Part shown: in pieces, positions 1 to 9,510 of the stretch
How the letters are laid out: each line of letters starts with the position of its first letter
Position numbering within the stretch: the stretch's first letter is position 1
Assembly: GCA_934747765.1 (NCBI GenBank)
Contig: CAKVGZ010000003.1
Coordinates: 64,225 to 128,224, forward strand
Length of the DNA: 64,000 bases
Reading direction: 5' to 3'
DNA from: an uncultured Clostridia bacterium
GTDB lineage: Bacteria > Bacillota > Clostridia > Christensenellales > UBA1242
Made by a program: the position numbers and the translations under genes
The notes under the pieces: generated by a model
What the model was told of the DNA's origin: nothing
What the model saw: only the letters and a program-made list of their open reading frames with translations
Databases searched by the model: none

Positions 1-4
1 TAAA

Positions 5-1330
5 TTGGCTCTTGAAAATTTGATGATTAAAACGAAATTCTATAACAAAGTTTTGTTCAAAGAAAATGGTCAACAAAAAATAAATTATATAAAACAATTC
101 TTGAAACACATTGAAGAAACAAATTTGAATTTTGATATAATTAATTTATTAAAATATCTAAACGATGTTGGAGAAATCAAAGTTTCTTCCATTCAAAAAA
201 AGACCGACAATTGTGTTCAGATAACAACAATTCATTCAAGCAAAGGCTTGGAATATCCAGTTGTTATCTTGGCGGACACAGGCAGAAATTTTTTGAAGAA
301 AAAAGTGCAATCTGGCGACCTGGAAATTGATAAAAAATTTGGAATGGCAATAAAACATTATGACAAAAACGAAAGAAAAATATATAACTCCATTTTCAAC
401 GAAATGATAAAAAGGGCAGAGAAGAAAAAAGAAATTGCAGAAAGTTTAAGGCTTTTGTATGTGGCATTAACTCGTGCAAAGAACAAACTTTTAATAACAG
501 GCAAATTGCCAAAGCAAATTGGGCGAATCGATTTTAACGAAGACTGTTTTTCATGTGAATCGACATATTTAAACTATATTCTTGGAGCCATCGACGGAGA
601 AAAAATTGAAGGAACAGAAATTGAATTTGCTTCGCAAGACGATTTTGAAAATGAAAATTTCGAAAGAGAAAAACTTGATGTTTCGCGTTTTTTCAATTTG
701 AAATTTGAAGAATACAAATATCCTTTTGAACATGAAAAAGACCTTTCAATTAAAACTTCTGTAAGTCAAATATCTTTTGATAATGACGGATATGACACGG
801 TGAATTTTTCTCCAATCAACTTCAAAACAAGCGAACATTTTAGCGAAAAAATCAGTCCAGAACAAGGAATCATTTTGCATGAAGTTTTGGAAAAAATAAA
901 TTTTGAAAGTTCAAACATCGAAAAAGATTTAAAAGAATTAATTGAAAATATTCCAAATGATGTTTTTGACAAAGACGAATTATTTAATGTTTCAATTCAA
1001 AACATTAATTTAATTAAAAAAATAATCCCAGAAAATAATATCTGTTACAAAGAAAAAGAATTTATGGTGTATGCAAGCCAAAAAGAAATTTTTGGAGAAG
1101 GCGACGAATCAAAACTTTTGATTCAAGGAAAAATTGATTTATTTTCTTCTGGTGAAAAAAATATTTTAATTGATTATAAATACACAAACATTTCGTCAGA
1201 TGAAAAGATAATTCAGAAATATAAAAAACAACTTTTTGCCTACAAATTTGCAATCGAAAAATCCATTGGAAAGCAAATTGATGAAATTTATATTTTAAAC
1301 TTGAAAAAAATAAAAATTATAAAAATATGA
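5..1330 (+). CDS. addA: ATP-dependent helicase/nuclease subunit A (AddA/RexA family), C-terminal portion; the 5' end lies upstream of the window
   Basis: UvrD-family helicase C-terminal motifs (TTIHSSKGLEYPVVILAD, RLLYVALTRAKNKLLITG) are followed by a PD-(D/E)XK-like nuclease tail (GKIDLF...DYKYT). The ORF is open to the window start. Confidence 0.6.
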   Translation: MALENLMIKTKFYNKVLFKENGQQKINYIKQFLKHIEETNLNFDIINLLKYLNDVGEIKVSSIQKKTDNCVQITTIHSSKGLEYPVVILADTGRNFLKKKVQSGDLEIDKKFGMAIKHYDKNERKIYNSIFNEMIKRAEKKKEIAESLRLLYVALTRAKNKLLITGKLPKQIGRIDFNEDCFSCESTYLNYILGAIDGEKIEGTEIEFASQDDFENENFEREKLDVSRFFNLKFEEYKYPFEHEKDLSIKTSVSQISFDNDGYDTVNFSPINFKTSEHFSEKISPEQGIILHEVLEKINFESSNIEKDLKELIENIPNDVFDKDELFNVSIQNINLIKKIIPENNICYKEKEFMVYASQKEIFGEGDESKLLIQGKIDLFSSGEKNILIDYKYTNISSDEKIIQKYKKQLFAYKFAIEKSIGKQIDEIYILNLKKIKIIKI

Positions 1331-1401
1331 AAAATATTATAAATTTATTAGTTATTTATTTTTTAATGTGATATACTAATGCCATAAAAATGGAGGAAAT
1401 T

Positions 1402-3570
1402 ATGAAATATTTAGGAGCAGATTTATTCCAAAACATTGTCGTATTTTTCCAATCGGCAAGAGAAAGTATTTCGCTTGAATATCTTTTGTATATTTTTATT
1501 GCCATTGAAGTATTAACGATTTTAGTTTTTAGTTTTATTGTACACAATGTATATGAACTTAAATTGGTTCGTGCAGTTGACAAAATAAATGCATATTTAT
1601 ATGAAGTTAAATATATCAATGAAAATAATTTGATTGAATTTAACAACATGATGAAACGTGTTCCAAAAACACTTAGATATCATTGGCAACAATATATGCT
1701 CAATCGTGAAAAAAATCCAAGTTATTATATGTCAGTTGAAAACTGTGTTGATCGCCCACTCAAAACAAGCACCTTTTCAACCACAATAAAAACTTTCAAA
1801 TATCTTGGATTTGCTTATGCAATTGTTGCGTTTATAATAAGTTGTGGATGGGCAACTGGGCTTGCAACTGTTGCTCCAGATTATTTCATCCTTGTGTTTG
1901 CAATTCCACTTGTTGTTTTGCTTTTGACATATATATTCGTTATCATTTTGAACATCAGAAAAACTTCGAATGCAAATGAACTCTATCAAACATTCCAAAT
2001 TTTCAACAGATTCATCGATAAGGCTGTTTCAACAATGCCAGATTATGTTGACTTTGAAGTTTTGTTCACTCAACAAGAAATTCAAAGAGGAATTCCTGTT
2101 TTGAACGAATATATCGAAAAACGTCAACTCCAAGAACAAGAAGAAATGAAACGTGCACGTGAAAATGCAATTCAACACGAAAATTACAATTTTGAGTCGG
2201 CGGGAGAAAAAGGTGAACTTGTTCTTGAAAGAGCAATGAAAGAAACTGAACTTTTTGTTAGTTTGAGAAGCAGACTTGAAGCTGAAATTCAACAACTTGA
2301 AGGTGAAATTGAAAGTTTAAAACGTAACTTTGATAACACCACAAAGGACTATCAAAAGAAACTTCAAGCAAGCAAAGAAAACAGTGAACGTTTGAGAGAA
2401 CAACAAGAAGCAACAACAAACAGAATTGAAAACAACTATATAAGAAAACAACAAGCTGATGAAATCAGAAAACAAGAGCAAATTGAAAAAGACCAAGAAG
2501 ATGCTCAACTTAGATTTAATCAAGAAATTAACAACCTTGCAACAGAAATTCAAAAACGAAAAGAAGAACTAGAGGAAGCAAGAGTTAACGTTGAAAAATC
2601 TATGCTTGCTGAATATAAAACTTTTGCAAATAAAATTTACAAAGAAATTCGCGACACTGTTAACGAGCAAGTTAAAGAAGAAAGAGAAGAATTGATTGGC
2701 TCTCGTGAAGAAGTTGCACGTGAACTTGAAGCAACTCTTGCAAAACTTGACAAAATAGAAAAAGAAAACAAAGTTTTGGTTGACAAAGCTGATGAACGTG
2801 ATGCAAAGGTTAGAGCGGAAATTGAAACAGAAAAAAATGCTTTGAAAAAAGAACTTGAGCAAAAAGAAGAATTGTTGAATAAAAAGAACAAAGAAATCAA
2901 TTTAATGGCTGAAGATTATGCTCAAAAACTTAAAAAAGCAGAAAAAAAGCCTGAAGAAAAAACTGAAGACGGAAGTTATGATGCTGACGGGAATTATAGA
3001 TATAACAACGGAAGCTTTTATGACAAAGACGGAAATTTCCATGACGTAAATGGAAACGTGTTTGACATTGATGGAAGAAAAGTTGAAATTCTTGAAGAAA
3101 CACCAGCAGAAGAAATTGTTGACAAGCCAGTTGAGTTTGAAGAAGATTCTTTTGATGCATTCAATGCTGAGCCTGACAAAAAGCAAAAAATAGAATTTAA
3201 TGATTTCTTCGAAGAAGATTTGTTTGGAGGAGATGACAACTCTTTGGTCATCGAGCCAAAAAAAGTTGCAAAACGTGGAAGACCAAAAAAGACTGAAACT
3301 GTTGCGCAAGCAAAGCCAGCTGGCAAACGTGGAAGACCTAGAAAAGAAGCGACTGCTGAAAAGAAAGAAGTCAAACATGTTGGTCGTCCAAGAAAAACAG
3401 ATTCACAGCCTGCGAAAAAACCTGTTGGCCGTCCAAGAAAAAGTAAAATTGATTTGGATGAAAATTTACGTTCGATAGAAAATCGTTTGAGAGAACAAAA
3501 TGAACTTCTTAAACAACAACAAAAAGCACTTGACATAACAATTAAAAATGTCATCAAGCCAAAGAAATAA
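1402..3570 (+). CDS. membrane-anchored coiled-coil protein with four C-terminal AT-hook (GRP) DNA-binding motifs; hypothetical
   Basis: GGAGG lies 6 nt before the ATG at 1402, which is inside the track ORF beginning at 1390. Three or four N-terminal TM helices are followed by about 300 aa of E/K/Q-rich heptad-like sequence, then D-x-DGN repeats, then KRGRPKK, KRGRPRK and VGRPRK x2. A terminator follows. Confidence 0.55.
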   Translation: MKYLGADLFQNIVVFFQSARESISLEYLLYIFIAIEVLTILVFSFIVHNVYELKLVRAVDKINAYLYEVKYINENNLIEFNNMMKRVPKTLRYHWQQYMLNREKNPSYYMSVENCVDRPLKTSTFSTTIKTFKYLGFAYAIVAFIISCGWATGLATVAPDYFILVFAIPLVVLLLTYIFVIILNIRKTSNANELYQTFQIFNRFIDKAVSTMPDYVDFEVLFTQQEIQRGIPVLNEYIEKRQLQEQEEMKRARENAIQHENYNFESAGEKGELVLERAMKETELFVSLRSRLEAEIQQLEGEIESLKRNFDNTTKDYQKKLQASKENSERLREQQEATTNRIENNYIRKQQADEIRKQEQIEKDQEDAQLRFNQEINNLATEIQKRKEELEEARVNVEKSMLAEYKTFANKIYKEIRDTVNEQVKEEREELIGSREEVARELEATLAKLDKIEKENKVLVDKADERDAKVRAEIETEKNALKKELEQKEELLNKKNKEINLMAEDYAQKLKKAEKKPEEKTEDGSYDADGNYRYNNGSFYDKDGNFHDVNGNVFDIDGRKVEILEETPAEEIVDKPVEFEEDSFDAFNAEPDKKQKIEFNDFFEEDLFGGDDNSLVIEPKKVAKRGRPKKTETVAQAKPAGKRGRPRKEATAEKKEVKHVGRPRKTDSQPAKKPVGRPRKSKIDLDENLRSIENRLREQNELLKQQQKALDITIKNVIKPKK

Positions 3571-3571
3571 T

Positions 3572-3597
3572 AAAAACTGCCTTGGGCAGTTTTTTAT
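3572..3597 (+). terminator. rho-independent terminator (CTGCC-ttg-GGCAG plus T-run)
   Basis: A hairpin and a U-tract follow immediately after the stop at 3570. Confidence 0.6.
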
Positions 3598-3669
3598 TTT
3601 TTGTAAATAAATTTCCATAATTAAACCAAAAAGTTTGTCATATAATAATTTTGTGATAGAATTGGGTGA

Positions 3670-4500
3670 ATGAAAAAGTTACTTGCCGTTTTGATGATTT
3701 TGTTTTGTTCTTTGCCTTTGGTTGGGTGCACTTCCGCACGCAATCTTTCTTCTGTTAACACAAAAATTTCTTCGCTCTATCTTGTTGCAGATTTGTCGGA
3801 ATCTAAACTTTCTTCCATGACTAGCGAAGAAAAATCTGCAGTTAAATCGGCCTTCGAAACTCAATCTAACAAATATTTGCTCGAATTGAAAACTAGATAT
3901 TATAATGCTCTTGAAGAGCAAGCGGATTTGGGCAAGATAACGTCAAACGAAAAAGTTTTGCTTAAAAATCACATGTCAGACTATGTTAGATGGGACGAAA
4001 ATAAATTTATTATTGAGCTCAAATTTTATTCAACTTTTGCTTCAAAAATTTTCCTTGAAAGTGGAGCAGGTTTTCAAATTGAAAACAAGGAAGAAATGTT
4101 TTGCACAAAAACATATGTTTCCTATGGCCAAATTTTTTCAAAGACGCCAAATAATATAATAACAACAAATATTGAGGATTTTTTTAATAACAAGATTAAA
4201 GACAATTTGGCAACATTGGGCGATAGCAAACTTGAAAACATAAACTATTACAATTTGATTGTTTCTGAGAGTCCGATTATTCATGCAACTGGAACGACGG
4301 ATGAAGTGTCTGTGGGCGATAAATCTGTGTTTTGCTACGATTCAAGCAAAGAACTCTTCGATTTCTATGTTGTTCAAGCAAACACACTTGTATATTATCT
4401 CTTGGCGCTTGCCATAACATTTGTGTTCATTTCAACATATTTAGTTGTGATATATTTCAAAAAAGATAAAAAAGAAGACGAGAATTTTGAAATAGAATGA
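3670..4500 (+). CDS. lipoprotein with a C-terminal TM helix; hypothetical
   Basis: Signal peptide with a lipobox (LPLVGC), and a hydrophobic C-terminal helix (LLALAITFVFISTYLVVIYF). Confidence 0.45.
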   Translation: MKKLLAVLMILFCSLPLVGCTSARNLSSVNTKISSLYLVADLSESKLSSMTSEEKSAVKSAFETQSNKYLLELKTRYYNALEEQADLGKITSNEKVLLKNHMSDYVRWDENKFIIELKFYSTFASKIFLESGAGFQIENKEEMFCTKTYVSYGQIFSKTPNNIITTNIEDFFNNKIKDNLATLGDSKLENINYYNLIVSESPIIHATGTTDEVSVGDKSVFCYDSSKELFDFYVVQANTLVYYLLALAITFVFISTYLVVIYFKKDKKEDENFEIE

Positions 4501-4823
4501 TTTTTCGAGCAATGAAAGTTAAACAATTGACTTTCATTGTTTTTGTTGATAGAATAGTTTCGATGCAAAGTTCTGAAAAAAGAAAAATGAAATCTAGTTT
4601 GAAAAGAAGAACAATCGAACTTCTCAGCACGATTCCTGTTGGAGTTGGCTTTGCGGTGCTTTTTTGGAAGATTGGGCTTTATGTTTCGCTTCAACTTTTT
4701 TTGACGATTGTTTGTTGGGGAGCAGTTTTTGTTATTATTGATATTGTTGTTATGTTGATTCAAAAAAAGATTGCAGAGAAACAAAGCAAAAAACCGAAAC
4801 GAAAAGACCCGTTTGCGGATTAG
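4497..4823 (+). CDS. small integral membrane protein; hypothetical
   Basis: 108 aa with two predicted TM helices. It overlaps the upstream stop by 4 nt, suggesting translational coupling. Confidence 0.35.
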   Translation: MIFRAMKVKQLTFIVFVDRIVSMQSSEKRKMKSSLKRRTIELLSTIPVGVGFAVLFWKIGLYVSLQLFLTIVCWGAVFVIIDIVVMLIQKKIAEKQSKKPKRKDPFAD

Positions 4824-4832
4824 GAGAATTTT

Positions 4833-6266
4833 ATGGACAAGAAAAAAGATTATAAAACCATGCCTCATAGCATTGAAGCAGAGCAATCTGTGCTTGGCTC
4901 GATGTTAATTAATAACGAAGCACCGCTAACAATTTTGTCTGCACTTTGTGCTGACGATTTTTATTCAAACGCAAATAAGATTATTTTTTCGAAAATGCAA
5001 GAGTTGTATCGTGCAAACACACCTATAGATTTTGTCACATTGACTGACATTTTGGATAAGTGTGGTGAACTTGAAAATGTTGGCGGAATTGATTACATAA
5101 CAACTTTGACAAACATTTTGCCATCGGCAACAAACTTTCAATATTATGTTGATATTGTTAAGCGCGATTCGCTTTTCAGAAAATTGATACAAAGCGGTCA
5201 AAAAATAATTGAAAATGCCTATGAAGCAACCGATGACAAAAGTGCATTGAAATTTGCCGAAAAAGAAATTTTTGATATTTCCGAACAACAGGACTTTTCG
5301 TCACTTGAACACATCGACGGCGCCCTTAAAGAAGTTATGGAAAAACTTAATAAAATTGCAAAAGACCCAAATTCTTTGCGTGGACTTTCAACAGGGTTAA
5401 CAGACCTTGACGCAATAACTAACGGTCTTCAAAATTCTGATTTGATTTTGCTTGCAGCTCGTCCTGGTGTTGGAAAAACATCACTTGCGATGAATCTTGT
5501 TAATAATGTTGCCATTCAGGGAAAGAAAAGCTGTGCAATTTTCTCTCTTGAGATGCCTAGAACTCAAATTGCGCAACGTTCAATGTGTTCAATTGGCGGA
5601 GTGAGCATGGAAAAAGCGTTGAAAGGGCAACTTTCTGTTGACGAATGGACAGCGCTTGTTAAAGCCAGCAGAAAACTTTCTGAAGCAAAAATATATATTG
5701 ACGATTCCAGTTTGAACGACCCAAATGACATTCTTTCGAAATGCCGAAGAATAAAAAGAGAACACGGGCTTGATTTGGTTATGATTGACTATCTTCAACT
5801 TATGCGTGCAGACAAAAATTCAAATTATGACAATAAAGTTTTGGAAGTTGGTGAAATAACCCGTTCCTTGAAGATTGCAGCAAGGGAACTTGATGTTCCA
5901 ATTATTTTGCTTTCACAGTTATCTCGTGCTGTTGAATCTAGAAAAGGTGACCATAGACCAGTTCTTTCGGACCTTAGAGATAGCGGTTCAATTGAACAAG
6001 ATGCAGATATTGTTATGTTTATCTATAAACCAGATATGTACAATGACGTTGTGAGCGAAGAACCAGACATTGCAGAATTGATTATTGCAAAGCACAGAAA
6101 TGGTCCACTTGGAACAGTCAAACTTAAATGGGTGGGGGAAACCACAAGTTTTGAAAATTACAGCAAAAGTTATGTGCCAAAAACTGTCGTTGCTCAACCA
6201 ACAGATGACCAAATTGAAGCACCTTTGAGCGAAGATGAACTTAATGAAATTAAAGATTTATTTTAA
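4833..6266 (+). CDS. dnaB: replicative DNA helicase DnaB
   Basis: DnaB N-terminal domain (IEAEQSVLGSMLIN), Walker A (ARPGVGKTS), Walker B (DLVMIDYLQLM) and a RecA-like fold, all at full length. RBS is GGAGAA. Confidence 0.9.
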   Translation: MDKKKDYKTMPHSIEAEQSVLGSMLINNEAPLTILSALCADDFYSNANKIIFSKMQELYRANTPIDFVTLTDILDKCGELENVGGIDYITTLTNILPSATNFQYYVDIVKRDSLFRKLIQSGQKIIENAYEATDDKSALKFAEKEIFDISEQQDFSSLEHIDGALKEVMEKLNKIAKDPNSLRGLSTGLTDLDAITNGLQNSDLILLAARPGVGKTSLAMNLVNNVAIQGKKSCAIFSLEMPRTQIAQRSMCSIGGVSMEKALKGQLSVDEWTALVKASRKLSEAKIYIDDSSLNDPNDILSKCRRIKREHGLDLVMIDYLQLMRADKNSNYDNKVLEVGEITRSLKIAARELDVPIILLSQLSRAVESRKGDHRPVLSDLRDSGSIEQDADIVMFIYKPDMYNDVVSEEPDIAELIIAKHRNGPLGTVKLKWVGETTSFENYSKSYVPKTVVAQPTDDQIEAPLSEDELNEIKDLF

Positions 6267-6295
6267 ATAGTCCTGTTAAAAGGGCTATTTTTTAT
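6267..6295 (+). terminator. rho-independent terminator after dnaB
   Basis: Hairpin ATAGTCCT/AGGGCTAT followed by TTTTTT. Confidence 0.5.
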
Positions 6296-6463
6296 TATCT
6301 TTTTTTTGATATTTCGACATAAATTCTTAAAATTTAAGCACGAATTTGATAATTTTTGGAATATATTTTGGTTAAAATGTACAAAAATGTCTAAAATTGT
6401 CGAATTTTGTAAAAAATAGTTTTGTTTTTTTACAAAAAAGTTATACAATAGTGGCAGACGTTG

Positions 6464-6493
6464 TTGACTTGAGAAAATCATCAATTCTATAAT
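6464..6493 (+). promoter_or_regulatory. sigma-A-type promoter (TTGACT-N18-TATAAT) upstream of the ArpU-like regulator gene. A perfect 12-bp inverted repeat at 6405-6437 lies just upstream.
   Basis: Read directly from the sequence. Confidence 0.45.
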
Positions 6494-6546
6494 TTTATTG
6501 TTTATTAATTTTTAATAGGCATAATTTTTAAGGCAAAGGAGAAAAA

Positions 6547-7116
6547 ATGGAACTTAAAGTTTGGGCAAAAACTATGTTGACGGTTCAAAGACATCTTGGA
6601 AAGGTCACCAAGGCGCTAGATCACGTGATTTACAAAAAGGCAATTGCTTCGATGTTTGTCAATTCAAAAAATCTTCACGAAAACAGCGGTGAGGCAGTTA
6701 GTAAATTTATTATTAATTTGATGGACAGCAAAATTAATTTAATCAATCTCAACACTATTTGTGTTAACGGACTTAAAAAAATTGATAAAACTTGCGCTAA
6801 AATTTTGATTTTAAAACATATTGATGGGAGAACTAGCAACGACATTGCAAAATTGCTCGGCTTGAGCGACAGAACTTATTTCAGACGCCTTAACAAAGCA
6901 TATGAAGAATTTGAAAATTATTTAAGGGAGAATAATTTTACAGATGAATATTTTATAAAACGTTATTCATCTGAAGGTTGGATAATGGAAGTTCATGACA
7001 AATGTTTGGAATTTTTTGAAAGTGGAAATTCTGAAAATGAAATTTTTTCTTCAAATTTTGATTGTTTAAGAATTATAAAAAATATAAAAAAATCCATTCA
7101 TTCGTCATATTCATAA
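6547..7116 (+). CDS. phage-type transcriptional regulator with a sigma-70 region-4-like HTH (ArpU/RinA-like late-gene activator family)
   Basis: C-terminal HTH (TSNDIAKLLGLSDRTYFRRLNKAYEEFENYL). RBS is AAGGAG. It sits directly upstream of a terminase gene. Confidence 0.45.
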   Translation: MELKVWAKTMLTVQRHLGKVTKALDHVIYKKAIASMFVNSKNLHENSGEAVSKFIINLMDSKINLINLNTICVNGLKKIDKTCAKILILKHIDGRTSNDIAKLLGLSDRTYFRRLNKAYEEFENYLRENNFTDEYFIKRYSSEGWIMEVHDKCLEFFESGNSENEIFSSNFDCLRIIKNIKKSIHSSYS

Positions 7117-7961
7117 TAATCTTGATGTCGCAGTTTTTTCTTTCTTTTGCGAGGTTTGGATTCTGCTTCTTCCAAAGCGCGTGCGGTGATTTTCGTTGGT
7201 TTGAAAAGAAGATAGATAATCACAACGCATGGCAAACAAACTGCAACAATTATTATTATTTGAGTTGTTGATGGAAGAGAACTGAGTCCACTTTCTTCAA
7301 CTTGATTTGCTGGTGCTTGGGTTGGAACGGTGAAGTCGGGTTCTTCAATTTCTTCAAGAAGTTCGGTGTTTGAAGGAATTGTGGTTAATAGGTCGCAAAA
7401 CGCGCCATAAACGTATCCAAAAACTTCGCTTCCGTTTCTGATATATTTACAATAAAACCAAGTTGATGATTTGTGTGAAATTGCTTCTTCGCCGTCAATA
7501 GTTCCATAATATCTCAAATTTGTTTCGAGAAATGGCAATGTTTCGATTGTGTTAAGACCTTCCGATTGCGACGGGCTTGAACGAAGTGCAGTGCCTCCTG
7601 GAATGAAAACTCGGAAACTTGCATTTGCAAATGGTGTTTGAGGCACTCCTTTAACGCATTTTACTTCACTTTTTTTCACGTAACCAGTTTTATCTAAATA
7701 TCTTGCCGTGAAAAAATTGGAATTTTCACAACTTGAAATTTCAACAAAATATGTTTGAGGGATGACAAAAAAAATGTTTGAAACTTCTTCACTTCCGTTG
7801 GTTGATCGATATAGTTTTACGTTTGATGAAACAATTTGGGCATAGTAAACCTGTGACACAGCGCACACATAAGATGGTTTTGATTTTGGAAGCAAAAGCA
7901 CAGCGACAAGAAAAATTGATATTAAAAAAACAGTTGTTTTCTTAAATATTTTTGCGGTCAT
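7098..7961 (-). CDS. membrane-anchored protein with two SH3b-like domains; hypothetical
   Basis: N-terminal signal/TM, two ~70-aa segments matching an SH3b-like pattern (V.LYRS.NGS...GYVKKSEV), then a C-terminal TM helix and a basic tail. Confidence 0.35.
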   Translation of the reverse strand: MTAKIFKKTTVFLISIFLVAVLLLPKSKPSYVCAVSQVYYAQIVSSNVKLYRSTNGSEEVSNIFFVIPQTYFVEISSCENSNFFTARYLDKTGYVKKSEVKCVKGVPQTPFANASFRVFIPGGTALRSSPSQSEGLNTIETLPFLETNLRYYGTIDGEEAISHKSSTWFYCKYIRNGSEVFGYVYGAFCDLLTTIPSNTELLEEIEEPDFTVPTQAPANQVEESGLSSLPSTTQIIIIVAVCLPCVVIIYLLFKPTKITARALEEAESKPRKRKKKLRHQDYYEYDE

Positions 7962-8037
7962 GCAAAAAGTATATCAGCATTTTTTTAATTCACCTTAAGA
8001 GAAATATGTCTAAAAATAATGAAATTACGGAGATATT

Positions 8038-9495
8038 ATGACAAAAACTGAAATTTTGAAAATGATATATTCAATCGATAAACAACTGAAAATAAAAAGT
8101 TCTCATAATGCAATTGACAAATACAATTCTGGCAACAAAAAACATTTGAAACAACTTGAATTTCACAAATGTTCCAAAAGAAACAGATGGGTGTTTGGTG
8201 GAAACAGAAGTGGAAAAACTGAATGCGGAGCAGTTGAAACTGTTTGGCTTGCAAGAGGAATTCACCCTTACAGACAAAACAAAGATAATATTTCGATTTG
8301 GGTTGTTTCTCTTTCAAAACAAGTTCAACGTGATGTTGCGCAAAACAAAGTTTTTCATTATTTAAAGCCAGAATGGATTGAAGACGTTGTTATGGAAAGT
8401 GGCAGTAAAGATTTCCCTGAAAGCGGAATTGTGGATTATTTGCTGATAAAAAATATTTTTGGAGGCTACAGCCGAATTGGGTTCAAAAGTTGTGACCAAG
8501 GTCGAGAAAAATTTCAAGGAACTTCGCTTAATTATGTGTGGTTTGACGAAGAGCCTCCGCAAGATATATACAAAGAATGCAAAATGAGGGTTATTGACCG
8601 ACAGGGCGAAATTTATGGCACCATGACTCCACTCAAAGGATTGACGTGGGTGTATGACGAAATTTATCTGAATGAAAAAATGGACGATGAAGTTTGGTCG
8701 ATTTGCATGAGTTGGGATGATAATCCATATTTAAACGAAGATGAGATAAAAAGTTTGAAAGCGTCAATGAGTGAAAGCGAACTTGAAACAAGATGCTATG
8801 GAAAGTTCACTGCAGTTGGCGGACTTGTCTATCCTGAATTCGACCCAGACGTGCACGTCATAGACCCGTTCGATGTTCCAAAAGAATGGTTTGACAAAAT
8901 TTCTATTGACCCAGGTTTGAACAACCCGCTTTCAGCTCACTGGTACGCCGTGGACTTTGATGGGAATGTCTATGTGATTGCGGAACATTATCAGGCGGGG
9001 AAAGATATAATTTATCATTCAAATGAAATCAAGCGCATATGCGAAAGTCTTGGTTGGGGAAAAGGCTTTGGAGGAAAATATGAAGCGATTATCGATTCGG
9101 CTGCAAATCAAAGAACTCTTGCAGGTGTTAAAAGTGTGACCGAACTATTTTTGGAAAATGGAATCTATGTTTCGCCGAAGGTTAATAAAGACCTTTTTTC
9201 TGGAATTAACAGAGTAAAATCCTATCTTAGAAATGCCGAGGGAAAATCTCGACTTTTCATTTTCAGAAACTGTGTGAATTTAATTCGTGAAATAAAAGGA
9301 TATTTTTGGGGGAACAATGATGCTCCAACAAAAAAAGATGACCACTCGCTTGACGAACTCAGATATTATATAATGTCACGGCCTGATATTCCCAAAATGG
9401 ACGTCAAAAAGACCGAAATTGAGCGAGATAAAGAAAAACTTATCAGAAAACTTGATTTTGCTAAAAAATCTCAAGGATTTAAAAAGTTTAAATAA
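8038..9495 (+). CDS. terL: phage terminase large subunit (ATPase plus nuclease); orphan
   Basis: Terminase Walker A (FGGNRSGKTECGA), Walker B (LNYVWFDEEP) and a C-terminal RNaseH-like nuclease region with acidic residues. 485 aa. Confidence 0.75.
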   Translation: MTKTEILKMIYSIDKQLKIKSSHNAIDKYNSGNKKHLKQLEFHKCSKRNRWVFGGNRSGKTECGAVETVWLARGIHPYRQNKDNISIWVVSLSKQVQRDVAQNKVFHYLKPEWIEDVVMESGSKDFPESGIVDYLLIKNIFGGYSRIGFKSCDQGREKFQGTSLNYVWFDEEPPQDIYKECKMRVIDRQGEIYGTMTPLKGLTWVYDEIYLNEKMDDEVWSICMSWDDNPYLNEDEIKSLKASMSESELETRCYGKFTAVGGLVYPEFDPDVHVIDPFDVPKEWFDKISIDPGLNNPLSAHWYAVDFDGNVYVIAEHYQAGKDIIYHSNEIKRICESLGWGKGFGGKYEAIIDSAANQRTLAGVKSVTELFLENGIYVSPKVNKDLFSGINRVKSYLRNAEGKSRLFIFRNCVNLIREIKGYFWGNNDAPTKKDDHSLDELRYYIMSRPDIPKMDVKKTEIERDKEKLIRKLDFAKKSQGFKKFK

Positions 9496-9510
9496 TGGAA
9501 TAATTATATA

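Noticed and set aside
1777-3557. Multiple minus-strand ORFs (73-179 aa) inside the 1402-3570 gene, plus the nested 3200-3478 plus-strand ORF
   Set aside because: The low-complexity coiled-coil coding sequence (GAA/AAA-rich) leaves frames open on both strands. The products are low-complexity F/S/L-rich and have no starts with an RBS.
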